Positions 1 to 9,278 of a stretch of 64,000 nucleotides of DNA are shown here, piece by piece (the first letter of the stretch is position 1; each line of letters begins with the position of its first letter). Position numbers and translations under genes: made by a program. The notes under the pieces were generated by a model. It was not told the origin of the DNA and searched no databases. It saw only the letters and a program-made list of their open reading frames with translations. The stretch covers positions 12,804 through 76,803 of the forward strand of contig JAVBWN010000021.1 of assembly GCA_036677365.1 (NCBI GenBank), written 5' to 3'. Source of the stretch: Acholeplasma sp. GTDB lineage: Bacteria > Bacillota_I > Bacilli_A > Acholeplasmatales > UBA5453.

Positions 1-2113
1 GACGCCATTACCAAGTTTGGTTGGGTCAACTTATACCGTTTCACCGTCATTCCCACTCTCACCTAGTGGTACCATCACGGTAAGATTCATTGATAACAAT
101 ACCCAATTACCACTTGGGCACAATTTAACCATCCATAGATTAACCAAGGATGGCGATACCGTAGATTCAGCGTATTACAATTTGACACTCACGCCAAAAG
201 CATCCAACAACATATTTGGGTTTGCTATGACGTTGAGCGATGAACTCGAAAGCGGTGTTTACCGCATCGTGTTCAGCTATTATAACAGTTCGACACAGTT
301 CAATATGGACTTTACAAAGCAAGCATCCTCGAACCGATTGATTACCAGTGTGTCTTATAGCACCTACAGTGCGGACGCTTCTGGTGGATTGATTTTCACT
401 CCAACCGGAACCAATTTCACCACATTCATCGAATTTGGTGAAATCCTCGAAGGTGTCTTGTTAAATACCAATCGAAGCATGGTTGTTACCCCAGTATCCA
501 ATGGGTCATCACTCAATTATGTGAACACTTTGGATTATGTTCAACTCACTTTAGATGGCAATACATTGATGATCCTTAGAGTTTCTCCGTTTGCTTCAAT
601 CACAGCAGCTACCGTTCGTTATCAATATGGTGGTGATGGTAGAAAAAGTTACATTTTCAATTACACGATTGTCAACGAATTGAATCAATCGACTGTAATC
701 ACACACACCGTTACTGAAAGACAGTTATCGAATTTTATTGTTTATAAGGACGGTAACCAGCAATTTGCATACCCTGTCCAAGTAACCAGAGAAGCATTAA
801 CCACCAACATTCAAATTGACTTTAGACTTCAAGATGTGACTTTATATGATAACATTACGACTGTCATTACCGACACAAATGGTGTATTCGTACCAACCGA
901 AAGTCAAATCACATTCTTCATTGATGATGGGTATGCAATGATCATCACATTCGAGTTGGGTGTAGGTGAAAAGACTTATGCATTCACCTTAAACCGTGAA
1001 GGCAGTGTTACCTACAACTTGGGTAGTGTTGTCATTCGTAAAAACTTGGGGGTCAGTGCTTATCTAAACGATATCCGATTCCAAATCAACAGTGATATCA
1101 CCCTGAAATACCCGACGATTTATCAAATTAACTCAGATGGTTCAACGGTCACACCAAGTGATTATGACCCACGTGTGTTCTTTGAAGGCATCGATTATGA
1201 TGGTGCGGACACTGCAGGTGTGCAATATTTCCGAATCAATGGCGAAGTATCCGATATTGACTTATCCAATTATTATCCAGATTTCACTTTACCAATTGGG
1301 GCCATCATTCAAAGACAAGTTGGTCCAAACAGCTGGTCAAATGATTTATCTGGTAACTTTACAAGTGAAGTTGAAGATGTCAACACTGTGGTGCGTTACC
1401 GTATTTTGTCGGAACAAACCAACGCGAACAACCCTGGTGTACTCACAGACATTGTCGATTCAACGATTGTCTACTATGATTTGACAGTCATTGATATCTT
1501 GTATAACTTAACCATTCGCTTTACGCTATTCTACCGATTTGGCAATGGTACGATTGTACCTGCTGGGGATCCAACCTCACCAATCAAAAACAGTGTCATA
1601 TTGATCATAGTTAAGAATTATGAAACAGAAGAGACATTTACTCCAACCATCAGTATTGACCCTGTCACGGGTAGAATCATTTATCCATTTGAAGGTGGCA
1701 TTATCAGTTATACCGCTGGGGTAAGAAACCAATCTACTTTATTCTATTACCCATTACCAGCCAATATCACAGATTATTTGTACACCTTTGGTAAAAATAA
1801 GACCGGAGTATACAACTTCTCGATTGTTAGCCCTAAATACACTGGGGTAACCACCGGTAATCTGGTCAATGGTTTGCGTTATGATTACAATATTTACTTG
1901 CGTACGGGCGTAACTGGCAGCGGTACATACCCATGGAATGACGATAAGTATAAACTCCCTGTGTTTGATAACACTGGTGAAATCATTGGTAAATACTATT
2001 ATGTTTTGGGTACGAACCGTCAAATCATTCGTGAGTTCGCGATTGTCATCGAAGAAAGTACGTTAGGTAGCCAATGGGGTCTATACGACGACTATACCAG
2101 TTGGGATAATTAA
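1..2113 (+). CDS. 3' part of a large beta-rich (Ig/cadherin-like) putative surface protein, truncated at window start
   Basis: Frame is open from the window edge (ACG CCA TTA CCA AGT TTG...); rich in T/N/Y/V/I with beta-strand patterning; no C-terminal TM segment; terminator follows. Confidence 0.6.
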   Translation, partial: TPLPSLVGSTYTVSPSFPLSPSGTITVRFIDNNTQLPLGHNLTIHRLTKDGDTVDSAYYNLTLTPKASNNIFGFAMTLSDELESGVYRIVFSYYNSSTQFNMDFTKQASSNRLITSVSYSTYSADASGGLIFTPTGTNFTTFIEFGEILEGVLLNTNRSMVVTPVSNGSSLNYVNTLDYVQLTLDGNTLMILRVSPFASITAATVRYQYGGDGRKSYIFNYTIVNELNQSTVITHTVTERQLSNFIVYKDGNQQFAYPVQVTREALTTNIQIDFRLQDVTLYDNITTVITDTNGVFVPTESQITFFIDDGYAMIITFELGVGEKTYAFTLNREGSVTYNLGSVVIRKNLGVSAYLNDIRFQINSDITLKYPTIYQINSDGSTVTPSDYDPRVFFEGIDYDGADTAGVQYFRINGEVSDIDLSNYYPDFTLPIGAIIQRQVGPNSWSNDLSGNFTSEVEDVNTVVRYRILSEQTNANNPGVLTDIVDSTIVYYDLTVIDILYNLTIRFTLFYRFGNGTIVPAGDPTSPIKNSVILIIVKNYETEETFTPTISIDPVTGRIIYPFEGGIISYTAGVRNQSTLFYYPLPANITDYLYTFGKNKTGVYNFSIVSPKYTGVTTGNLVNGLRYDYNIYLRTGVTGSGTYPWNDDKYKLPVFDNTGEIIGKYYYVLGTNRQIIREFAIVIEESTLGSQWGLYDDYTSWDN

Positions 2114-2120
2114 ATCATTG

Positions 2121-2156
2121 AAAGACATACGACTCAAAAAAGTATGTCTTTTTTTT
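2121..2156 (+). terminator. Intrinsic terminator
   Basis: AAAGACATAC-loop-GTATGTCTTT followed by a T run. Confidence 0.8.
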
Positions 2157-2165
2157 GAATACCTC

Positions 2166-2196
2166 TTGACACATCATACTATGTAATGTATAGTAT
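2166..2196 (+). promoter_or_regulatory. SigA promoter with overlapping palindrome (putative PadR operator)
   Basis: TTGACA(2166)-17-TATAGT(2189); inverted repeat ATACTAT-N7-ATAGTAT at 2176-2196. Confidence 0.7.
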
Positions 2197-2215
2197 TGTG
2201 TGAAGGGAGGTATTC

Positions 2216-2521
2216 ATGATGGATCCGCAATTGAAAAAAGGCTTTCTCGAAATTCTCGTTCTCGCTTCATTGAAGGAAGAACCTTCATATGGATACAAGA
2301 TCATTCAGGATGTATCATCAATCATCGATATCTCCGAATCGACGTTATACCCCATACTGAAGCGACTTGAACAACAGGCATTCGTTAAAACATACACAGA
2401 ACAACACCAATCTCGATTACGTAAGTACTATATGATTACCACTTTAGGTAAACATGAGATTGAAAAAGCAGAGGCAGATTTTGTTGAAATATCGAAAATC
2501 TACCGTTATATTTTGAGGTGA
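2216..2521 (+). CDS. PadR-family transcriptional regulator
   Basis: QLKKGFLE..LL..YGY.I, ESTLYPILKRLE and RKYY.IT..G motifs; GGGAGG RBS. Confidence 0.92.
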   Translation: MMDPQLKKGFLEILVLASLKEEPSYGYKIIQDVSSIIDISESTLYPILKRLEQQAFVKTYTEQHQSRLRKYYMITTLGKHEIEKAEADFVEISKIYRYILR

Positions 2522-2524
2522 CCT

Positions 2525-3067
2525 ATGACAAAATTAGCATTTTTACAAGCATTAAAAGAGGGTTTAGCAACCTACAGTGACGCATCAGAAATTTTAAATT
2601 ATTATGAGGAACTCATCGATGAAGCGGTCGCAAGCGGTGAAATTGAAGCTGAGTTCATTCACAAGTTGGGTAGCGTCGAACAAATCATCCGCACCTTGAA
2701 GAAGGATGCGAACTTTAAGCTGAAAGTCAAAAATCGTGAAAACTACATGCTGCGTGAAGTCATTTCACAAGCATCCAAGGGGATTGCATTATTTTTTACA
2801 GTCATCGGGGTCATCGTCCTTGGTAGCATCAGCATTTCATTCATTTCGAGTGGTGGGGTATCATTCATCACCTACTTGGTATTTTTATTGACTAAAGATG
2901 TCTCACGTGTGGAAGTATTGATTTATTATGTGAGTTCGATGGTCTTAGGCATTGGTTTGGTGTTGGTTGGGGTAGTGATCATTACCACACTCATCCGTAA
3001 AACCAAAGTTTGGCTAGATCAAGCCATCATCAAAATTGATCAATTACTTAAAAGGAGACACAAATGA
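2525..3067 (+). CDS. DUF1700/HAAS-domain membrane protein
   Basis: MTK..FL..L, YYEE.IDE, E......LGS..QI N-terminus followed by TM helices; typical PadR neighbour. Confidence 0.8.
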   Translation: MTKLAFLQALKEGLATYSDASEILNYYEELIDEAVASGEIEAEFIHKLGSVEQIIRTLKKDANFKLKVKNRENYMLREVISQASKGIALFFTVIGVIVLGSISISFISSGGVSFITYLVFLLTKDVSRVEVLIYYVSSMVLGIGLVLVGVVIITTLIRKTKVWLDQAIIKIDQLLKRRHK

Positions 3068-3945
3068 AAACCATTCTAAAAATCGGTATCATATTCATCA
3101 TATTAGGGGCCATATCTGTAACGGTATTTGGCTTGCTTGCACAACCATATCTCGAAGAACAAATGGTCTTTACAGATCAAAATTTAGACTACGATGGGGA
3201 TGCTTTCACAAGAATCGATGTATCATTTTATAATAACCCAGTCGTCATTAAACCCAGTGCCGATGATCAAATTCATATCGACTTTAAAACCGATCAATAT
3301 GAAGAATTGACCATCACCGAAGACAACAACATACTATCCATTGTTGTCACCAGTGATTGGTGGGATTATGTTAAAAATCCACTCCACTGGTTTAGTTTCA
3401 ACAACATCACTGTGAATCGTACAGTAACGATTGAATTGCCAAGTGTGCTCTATAACATCACTGTAAGAACTTCAAATGGTGCGATTTCACTCGATGATTT
3501 GACCTTACAAAGTGCTGTATTACGCACATCCAATGGTCGAATCAACGTCAGAAACGCATCCATTCCAATCTTAACGATGTCCTCTTCCAACGGCAAACTC
3601 TATTTGAACGATGTCATTTCTACCACCATTGAATTGGCTACTTCCAATGGTGAAATTGAAATGATCGATGTGAATGCAAACGCCATAGACGCTGAAACAT
3701 CCAATGGCCCAATCAATGGTAGTGGGATCATCTCGAATGATTTTAGAGTCAGCACTTCCAATGGTGCAATCGATGTGAGCATTGTCGGGGTATTTGAAGA
3801 CTATAAAGTCAAAACAAGAACATCCAATGGCACAGTGAAAATCAATGGTAGTACGTATGGTAACGATACATATCACACCACCAAAACCCCTTATATAGAA
3901 GCCATCACATCCAATGGCAACATCAGAATCCAATTCGAAGACTAG
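3064..3945 (+). CDS. DUF4097 (adhesin-like beta-strand repeat) protein
   Basis: N-terminal TM anchor and eight (T/S)SNG repeats. Confidence 0.85.
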   Translation: MKTILKIGIIFIILGAISVTVFGLLAQPYLEEQMVFTDQNLDYDGDAFTRIDVSFYNNPVVIKPSADDQIHIDFKTDQYEELTITEDNNILSIVVTSDWWDYVKNPLHWFSFNNITVNRTVTIELPSVLYNITVRTSNGAISLDDLTLQSAVLRTSNGRINVRNASIPILTMSSSNGKLYLNDVISTTIELATSNGEIEMIDVNANAIDAETSNGPINGSGIISNDFRVSTSNGAIDVSIVGVFEDYKVKTRTSNGTVKINGSTYGNDTYHTTKTPYIEAITSNGNIRIQFED

Positions 3946-3975
3946 TCTACCGACGGGTCTTTTTTTTGGTATAAT
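3938..3975 (+). terminator. Terminator immediately followed by an extended -10 promoter for ogt
   Basis: AAGACTAGTC-TACC-GACGGGTCTT plus T run; then TGGTATAAT at 3967-3975. Confidence 0.6.
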
Positions 3976-3995
3976 GAGGGTATTGAGGACTATAT

Positions 3996-4445
3996 ATGGA
4001 AAAAATCATCGTTTCTACCGCTTTTGGTCATGTAAAAATTGAATCTGAAATGCATCAAATTACCCATTTAGACTTGACACAAGAACCTTTATCACCTGAG
4101 TCAAATAACCCCGTATTGAATCAAGCAGCAAACCAAATCAAAGCATATTTTGATGGTAAAAAAGTCACGTTTAATTTGCCGTTAAATCCAGCAGGCACGC
4201 CATTTCAACGCGCTGTTTGGCAAGCTTTAACGGAGATTCTTTACGGTGAAACGCGCAGTTATCAAGACATCGCCATCAAAATTGGTAACCCCAAGGCTGT
4301 CAGAGCGGTGGGTGGGGCAGTGAATAAAAACCCCATCATGATTGTCATCCCATGTCACCGTGTGATTGGTAAGGATGGGTCATTGGTTGGTTTTTATGGC
4401 GGACTTGAACTCAAACAACGGTTGTTGGATTTGGAAAAAAGGTAA
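3996..4445 (+). CDS. ogt: Methylated-DNA--protein-cysteine methyltransferase
   Basis: GTPFQ..VW, RAVG.A...NP and PCHRV active site. Confidence 0.95.
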   Translation: MEKIIVSTAFGHVKIESEMHQITHLDLTQEPLSPESNNPVLNQAANQIKAYFDGKKVTFNLPLNPAGTPFQRAVWQALTEILYGETRSYQDIAIKIGNPKAVRAVGGAVNKNPIMIVIPCHRVIGKDGSLVGFYGGLELKQRLLDLEKR

Positions 4446-4451
4446 TCGGTT

Positions 4452-5069
4452 ATGCTATTTTCATATGACAATAAAGCACTAGATTACCTTAGAAAGAAAG
4501 ACAAAAAACTCGCTGGTGTGATCGATTTGATTGGACCCATCGAACGCCACATCAACCCAGATTTGTTTGAATCGTTGGTCAGTTCGATTGTCGCTCAACA
4601 AATTTCTGGTAAGGCTTTTGAAACGGTCTTTGCTCGACTAAAAGCAAAATCACCCATCACCCCTGAAGGCATCCTCAGTTTGTCCATCAATGACATCCAA
4701 TCCTGTGGTATGAGCTTAAAAAAAGCATCGTATATTCAAAGCGCTGCGACGTATTTCAATCATATCGATATCGAAACCCTCAAAACCATGACCAATGAAG
4801 CACTCATCGAACACTTGGTACAGTTGAAGGGCATTGGTCAGTGGACGGCAGAGATGTTACTCATTTTTTCGCTCAACCGGATGGATGTCTTTTCTAAAAA
4901 AGACCTGGCCATCCGCCGTGGGATCAGCATGTTGTATCACCACGCTAAAATCACCGAAGCGCTGTTGGACAAATACCACAAGCGCTACAGTCCATACGCC
5001 TCCTTAGCCTCATTATATTTATGGGAAATCTCAAGCGGACGCTATGGGCACGTCGATCATCAAAAATAA
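4452..5069 (+). CDS. alkA: AlkA-type 3-methyladenine DNA glycosylase (HhH-GPD)
   Basis: FESLVSSIVAQQIS, HhH LKGIGQWTAEM, D in KKDLAIRR, PYASLASLYLW. Confidence 0.88.
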   Translation: MLFSYDNKALDYLRKKDKKLAGVIDLIGPIERHINPDLFESLVSSIVAQQISGKAFETVFARLKAKSPITPEGILSLSINDIQSCGMSLKKASYIQSAATYFNHIDIETLKTMTNEALIEHLVQLKGIGQWTAEMLLIFSLNRMDVFSKKDLAIRRGISMLYHHAKITEALLDKYHKRYSPYASLASLYLWEISSGRYGHVDHQK

Positions 5070-5074
5070 TGCAT

Positions 5075-5103
5075 AAAAATCATCTGAAAAGGATGGTTTT
5101 TTT
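5075..5103 (+). terminator. Intrinsic terminator after alkA
   Basis: AAAATCATC-loop-GATGGTTTT plus T run. Confidence 0.65.
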
Positions 5104-5257
5104 GTTTTTTCCGAAAAAAGACGTGAAAATCCCATGCCTAAAACATCCCTAAAAAAGACTGAAAAACCACTGTTTAGTTTCATTTTAAACAAGGTATTTT
5201 CATGATTTTCATGACCCAAGGGTTGATATAATAGGAACACAAAAGGGAGGTGAGCCT

Positions 5258-6529
5258 ATGGAAGAGTATCGATTGCATAAACACATTCTATGTATAGACT
5301 TGAAAAGTTTCTACGCATCCGTTGAATGCAGTTTGAGGGGACTTGACCCATTCAAAACGCCCTTGGTGGTCGCCGATAAATCCAGAGGCAAAGGGGCCAT
5401 CACATTGGCTGTCACCCCATTTTTAAAAAAACTGGGCATCCCTAGCCGTTGTCGAATTTATGATATCCCAGAAAACCTACGTGATAAAATCATTTTTGCT
5501 AGACCACAAATGAAAACGTATATGGAGTATTCCATGAAGATTGTTGAAATTTATCTATCTTTCATTGCTGAGGAAGATTTGTATGTCTACTCAGTGGATG
5601 AAGCCTTCTTAGATGTCACCACGTATTTGAGTTTCTATCAAATGACTGAAGTCGAACTTGCGAAAAAGATTGTCGACAAGATCATGAGTGAATTGCATTT
5701 GCCATCGAGTTGTGGGATTGGACCCAATATGATTATGGCGAAAATGGCCCTCGATATCGATTCTAAAAAAGCGAAAGATTCGATTGCAAAATGGACATAC
5801 GAAGATATCCCAACGAAGCTATGGCCTGTCAAGCCCATCTCTGAAATGTGGGGGATAGGTCATCGTATGGAACACCATTTAAACCTTTTAGGTTTAGAGA
5901 CGATTGGCGATATTGCAAGGTATGACAAAAACCTTTTAAAGCGAAAATTTGGTGTCATTGGCGAAGAATTGTGGTACCACACCCATGGCATCGATATGAG
6001 CATCTTACAGGATAAAAATAAGCTTCGTGCTCAAAACAAGAGCTATGGACATTCTCAAATTTTATTTAGAAACTACTATGCGCCAGAGATTTATACCATC
6101 ATCCTAGAAATGGCCGATGAGGTCACAAGACGATTACGGATTGGTAGAAAAAAATGTCGCGTCATTCACTTTGGTGCAGGTTATTCTAAAGACAATCATG
6201 GTGGGTTGCATAAACAAGTAACCCTGGATAGACCGACGTCCAGTTTTAAATTAATTTATGATACGTGTATCGACATTTTCAACGAACAGTATGATGGTAG
6301 TCCTGTGAGGTCAATTGGCATTTCACTTGGAGGCTTGACTGAATCAGAAACACATCAATTCAGTTTGTTTGAGGATTTGGAACGGGATGAAAACGAGTAT
6401 CAGCTATTGGCCTCTGTGGATGAAATCAAATATCGTTATGGTAAAAACGCTGTGAACCGTGGCTCATCTTTAAACAAAGAATCCACCATCCGTGACCGAA
6501 ATACGTTTGTTGGAGGTCATCATGAGTAA
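5258..6529 (+). CDS. Y-family DNA polymerase (UvrX/YqjW/UmuC-like)
   Basis: CIDLKSFYASVE, YSVDE, MWGIG motifs; C-terminal clamp motif QFSLF; D.I..RYG tail. Confidence 0.93.
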   Translation: MEEYRLHKHILCIDLKSFYASVECSLRGLDPFKTPLVVADKSRGKGAITLAVTPFLKKLGIPSRCRIYDIPENLRDKIIFARPQMKTYMEYSMKIVEIYLSFIAEEDLYVYSVDEAFLDVTTYLSFYQMTEVELAKKIVDKIMSELHLPSSCGIGPNMIMAKMALDIDSKKAKDSIAKWTYEDIPTKLWPVKPISEMWGIGHRMEHHLNLLGLETIGDIARYDKNLLKRKFGVIGEELWYHTHGIDMSILQDKNKLRAQNKSYGHSQILFRNYYAPEIYTIILEMADEVTRRLRIGRKKCRVIHFGAGYSKDNHGGLHKQVTLDRPTSSFKLIYDTCIDIFNEQYDGSPVRSIGISLGGLTESETHQFSLFEDLERDENEYQLLASVDEIKYRYGKNAVNRGSSLNKESTIRDRNTFVGGHHE

Positions 6530-6854
6530 ATATGTGGATCGTGGCATCATCAAATGGTCACCATTCGATGGTTTAGCTGGATTCAATGATATGTTCACGG
6601 AACTCAGAAACCGTTTGACTCGAATGGACAAACCCGTATTGTTGGATGACCGATTAGAAGAACTCGACGAGGCGCTCCAAAAAGCACTTAAAAACGATAC
6701 CCGTGTACTGATTGAATACTTTTACGATGGACACATCCGCTATACAGAAGGGACTATCTTGAAAATCGATAGCATACACAAGAAAGTACTGATGGAAACC
6801 AAGCAGAGCCTACCCATCCAAGACATTTTGAATATCCACGAAATACAAGCTTAA
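6522..6854 (+). CDS. YolD-like protein
   Basis: DRGIIKW.PF N-terminal signature; GGAGG RBS before ATG 6522; overlaps the polymerase stop. Confidence 0.85.
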   Translation: MSKYVDRGIIKWSPFDGLAGFNDMFTELRNRLTRMDKPVLLDDRLEELDEALQKALKNDTRVLIEYFYDGHIRYTEGTILKIDSIHKKVLMETKQSLPIQDILNIHEIQA

Positions 6855-6873
6855 CCGGCTTGTATTTCTTTTT
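6841..6873 (+). terminator. Intrinsic terminator
   Basis: AATACAAGC-loop-GCTTGTATT plus TCTTTTT. Confidence 0.75.
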
Positions 6874-6932
6874 GAGGTTTACAAATGGTAGAGATGAGCG
6901 TATAATAACACTTAAATATTTAGAGGTAAACC

Positions 6933-7757
6933 ATGAAAAAAATCGCCATCCTTGGCCCCAAAAACACGTATTCAGATGTGGCTGCCAAGGTCTATCAAAA
7001 CCAACAAGAAATACCATATGAAATCATTTATAAAAAGCAAATCAGTGATGTGATACAAGCCATATCCGAGGATACCATAGGGATCATTCCCATCGAAAAC
7101 ACACTCGAAGGATACGTTCAACAGCACCTAGATTACGTGTTAATGCATGCCAAGGCATGGATTTCATCGGAATTGAGATTGCAAGTATCGTTCGCGTGCA
7201 TCAGTCATCGCCCCATAGAAGATGTAAAAACGGTGTATGTTCAATACGCGACTAAAAATCAATGTTTAAAGTTTATGGCGACACTGGATGAACAAGATGT
7301 CGTCATCACGGAGAGCAACACACAATCTTATGAACGTTACCTGCAAGATTCAAACAGTGCTGTCATCATCCCCAATCACATTTATACGCCAGGCATGGCA
7401 CCATTTGAAATTGAAAATGTGACCGATGAATTACAAAACGAAACACGATTTTTCGTGATTGAGAATCAAAAGCATGTTTTTAAAAACCATGAAGACTACA
7501 AAATGGCGATGGTATTCACACCAACGATAGACCGACCAGGGTTGTTATTATCCATCATAGAAGCATTCGCAAACGCACAAATCAACTTGATTTCTATCAT
7601 GTCTAGACCAACCAAAAAAGCCATGGGAACTTATCATTTCTTCATTGAACTTGAGTGTAAAAACAGCCAAATTGAACACATCGAAACCATCCTAGACAAG
7701 TTATCTAAACACATGAGTATTCGACTTTTAGGTGTTTTTATTGACCAGTCACTGTAA
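6933..7757 (+). CDS. pheA: Prephenate dehydratase with ACT domain
   Basis: LGP..TYS, IPIENT.EG, N.TRF motif, ACT domain DRPG.L and SRP; promoter TTTACA-17-TATAAT at 6878-6906. Confidence 0.9.
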   Translation: MKKIAILGPKNTYSDVAAKVYQNQQEIPYEIIYKKQISDVIQAISEDTIGIIPIENTLEGYVQQHLDYVLMHAKAWISSELRLQVSFACISHRPIEDVKTVYVQYATKNQCLKFMATLDEQDVVITESNTQSYERYLQDSNSAVIIPNHIYTPGMAPFEIENVTDELQNETRFFVIENQKHVFKNHEDYKMAMVFTPTIDRPGLLLSIIEAFANAQINLISIMSRPTKKAMGTYHFFIELECKNSQIEHIETILDKLSKHMSIRLLGVFIDQSL

Positions 7758-7765
7758 TATCAAAT

Positions 7766-7818
7766 CACATACGTAGTATGTGTTCTTAAAATATGGTAAT
7801 CATACGCATATTTTAAGA
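7766..7818. repeat. Two adjacent perfect hairpins
   Basis: CACATAC-GTA-GTATGTG (7766-7782) and TCTTAAAATATG-11nt-CATATTTTAAGA (7784-7818). Confidence 0.85.
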
Positions 7819-7867
7819 GTTAAATATCATTATAGCATGCATATTATTTTATACTAATTTTTACAAT

Positions 7868-7900
7868 AAAAAAGAGGCGATGTGTCAAACATCGTCTCTA
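7868..7900 (-). terminator. Terminator of the LemA-TPM operon
   Basis: AAAAAAGAGGCGATG-loop-CATCGTCTCT on the + strand. Confidence 0.7.
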
Positions 7901-7905
7901 TTATT

Positions 7906-8685
7906 TTATATACCACGACCACCGCTGCCGCCACCGCCGCCACGGATCTTGATGACTGTAAATCCACCACCAAAACCAAGCAGTACAACAATCAAAGCAA
8001 TCCCCCAACCTGAACCTATGTTGAGTCCGTTTAATGATAATAAACCGAGGATGAGGCTGAATATATCTGTGGTTCCTGTATTTTCTGGCACGTAGGGTGC
8101 ATCCATCATTTGTTCATAGAATAATTCCATATCGTAATCGATGGGTGTTTCACCGTATACTTCTGTATATAAGAGATTGAGCATTTCATACTGGAAATGC
8201 ATCAGTTTCATATCGATGATACCGTAATGGATGTCAGCGTAAAGATAATCATCACGCATCATATTCATTTCGGTCGGTGTTAAATATTCTTCCAAACCAT
8301 ACCCAGGTTCCATTTGGACTTCGAGGATGTCTTGATAGGTTATATCGTCTTCAACGTACTCGGTGATGAATAACAATACCAATAGTCCCATGTCGGTGTC
8401 TTTATTGCCTGGTGCCCATTGTTCAAAAATTTCTACGCGGTCATAGTTGGCAATCTCACTGGCGTCTTTGACCAAAAAGGTAGCGTATACGATTTGAATG
8501 TCACCATACTCTTCATATAAGTATCGATTTTGGGCTGTTATACGCCTTTCTGTGTATTGCATCAACGCGTCTGCGTAATCATTCACATAATAACGAAACG
8601 TTGGATCTGGGTATTTGTTTTGCTTACAGGAAACCAGGAATAGACTGAAAGCTGCGATGAATAGCCATTTCCAAAGGCGTTTCAT
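7906..8685 (-). CDS. TPM-domain lipoprotein with C-terminal TM and Gly-rich tail
   Basis: Lipobox FLVSC, YVNDYA..L, W.PG..D.D.GLLVL and E.GYGLE..LT motifs; GGGGGSGGRG tail. Confidence 0.85.
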   Translation of the reverse strand: MKRLWKWLFIAAFSLFLVSCKQNKYPDPTFRYYVNDYADALMQYTERRITAQNRYLYEEYGDIQIVYATFLVKDASEIANYDRVEIFEQWAPGNKDTDMGLLVLLFITEYVEDDITYQDILEVQMEPGYGLEEYLTPTEMNMMRDDYLYADIHYGIIDMKLMHFQYEMLNLLYTEVYGETPIDYDMELFYEQMMDAPYVPENTGTTDIFSLILGLLSLNGLNIGSGWGIALIVVLLGFGGGFTVIKIRGGGGGSGGRGI

Positions 8686-8687
8686 CC

Positions 8688-9278
8688 TTAATCACCAAAA
8701 TTGATGTCAGGTACTTCGCCAGCCCCGTCATTGATTTTCCAATACGTTTTGCTTGTATCAAAATCAAACATTTGAACAAATAGTATTCTAGGAAATTGAC
8801 GTGCGGAACGGTTATAGGTTTCAACCGCTTCATTGTATCTCAAGCGTGCTGTGCTCAGTGCGGATTCCATCGAGCTGATTTCAATCATTAAACTGATGTA
8901 AACTTGACTGGATTTAATTTCTGGATTGTCTTCAACAATGGCCAACAATGCATTGATGGCTTGAATCTCTAAAGCGTCAGCCTCAGCCATACCGTCAGCG
9001 TCACCTGCAACTTTCGCAGCCGCATATGAAGCACGTGCGTTGGTAATCATGGTATAAATCGATTGTTCAACGGTTGTATAACCCTCAACCACATCCACCA
9101 ATTGATCAATCTTATCTTTTCTTTCTTGTAATCGATTATCGACTTGAGCCATTTTACCATTGATCGATTCATCTAAATCGACCAAACGGTTATAACCCAC
9201 CATTAGGGTGATCCCTGTGATGAGGATGAGGAGACTGACAAACCCCGCTAAACCCAAAACAATGCCTTTTGATCCCAT
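8688..9278 (-). CDS. lemA: LemA-family protein
   Basis: N-terminal TM, YN.LV.L.E, QV...LQ.R.D.I, E.NPEIKS, R..YN.AV..YN.....FP; promoter TTGATA-17-TATAAT on the - strand (9343-9315). Confidence 0.92.
   Translation of the reverse strand: MGSKGIVLGLAGFVSLLILITGITLMVGYNRLVDLDESINGKMAQVDNRLQERKDKIDQLVDVVEGYTTVEQSIYTMITNARASYAAAKVAGDADGMAEADALEIQAINALLAIVEDNPEIKSSQVYISLMIEISSMESALSTARLRYNEAVETYNRSARQFPRILFVQMFDFDTSKTYWKINDGAGEVPDINFGD

Noticed and set aside
3460..3925. Recurrent ACATCCAATGG/ACTTCCAATGG at semi-regular spacing (CRISPR-like)
   Set aside because: These encode the TSNG repeats of DUF4097; they are too short and degenerate, and no cas genes are present
5258..6854. Prophage or ICE origin of the Y-polymerase-yolD pair
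   Set aside because: No integrase, att repeats, phage or conjugation genes nearby, and composition looks like the host
7826..7856. Loose resemblance to a dif site
   Set aside because: The XerD arm does not match TTATGT(T/A)AA, and gene strand bias does not switch here
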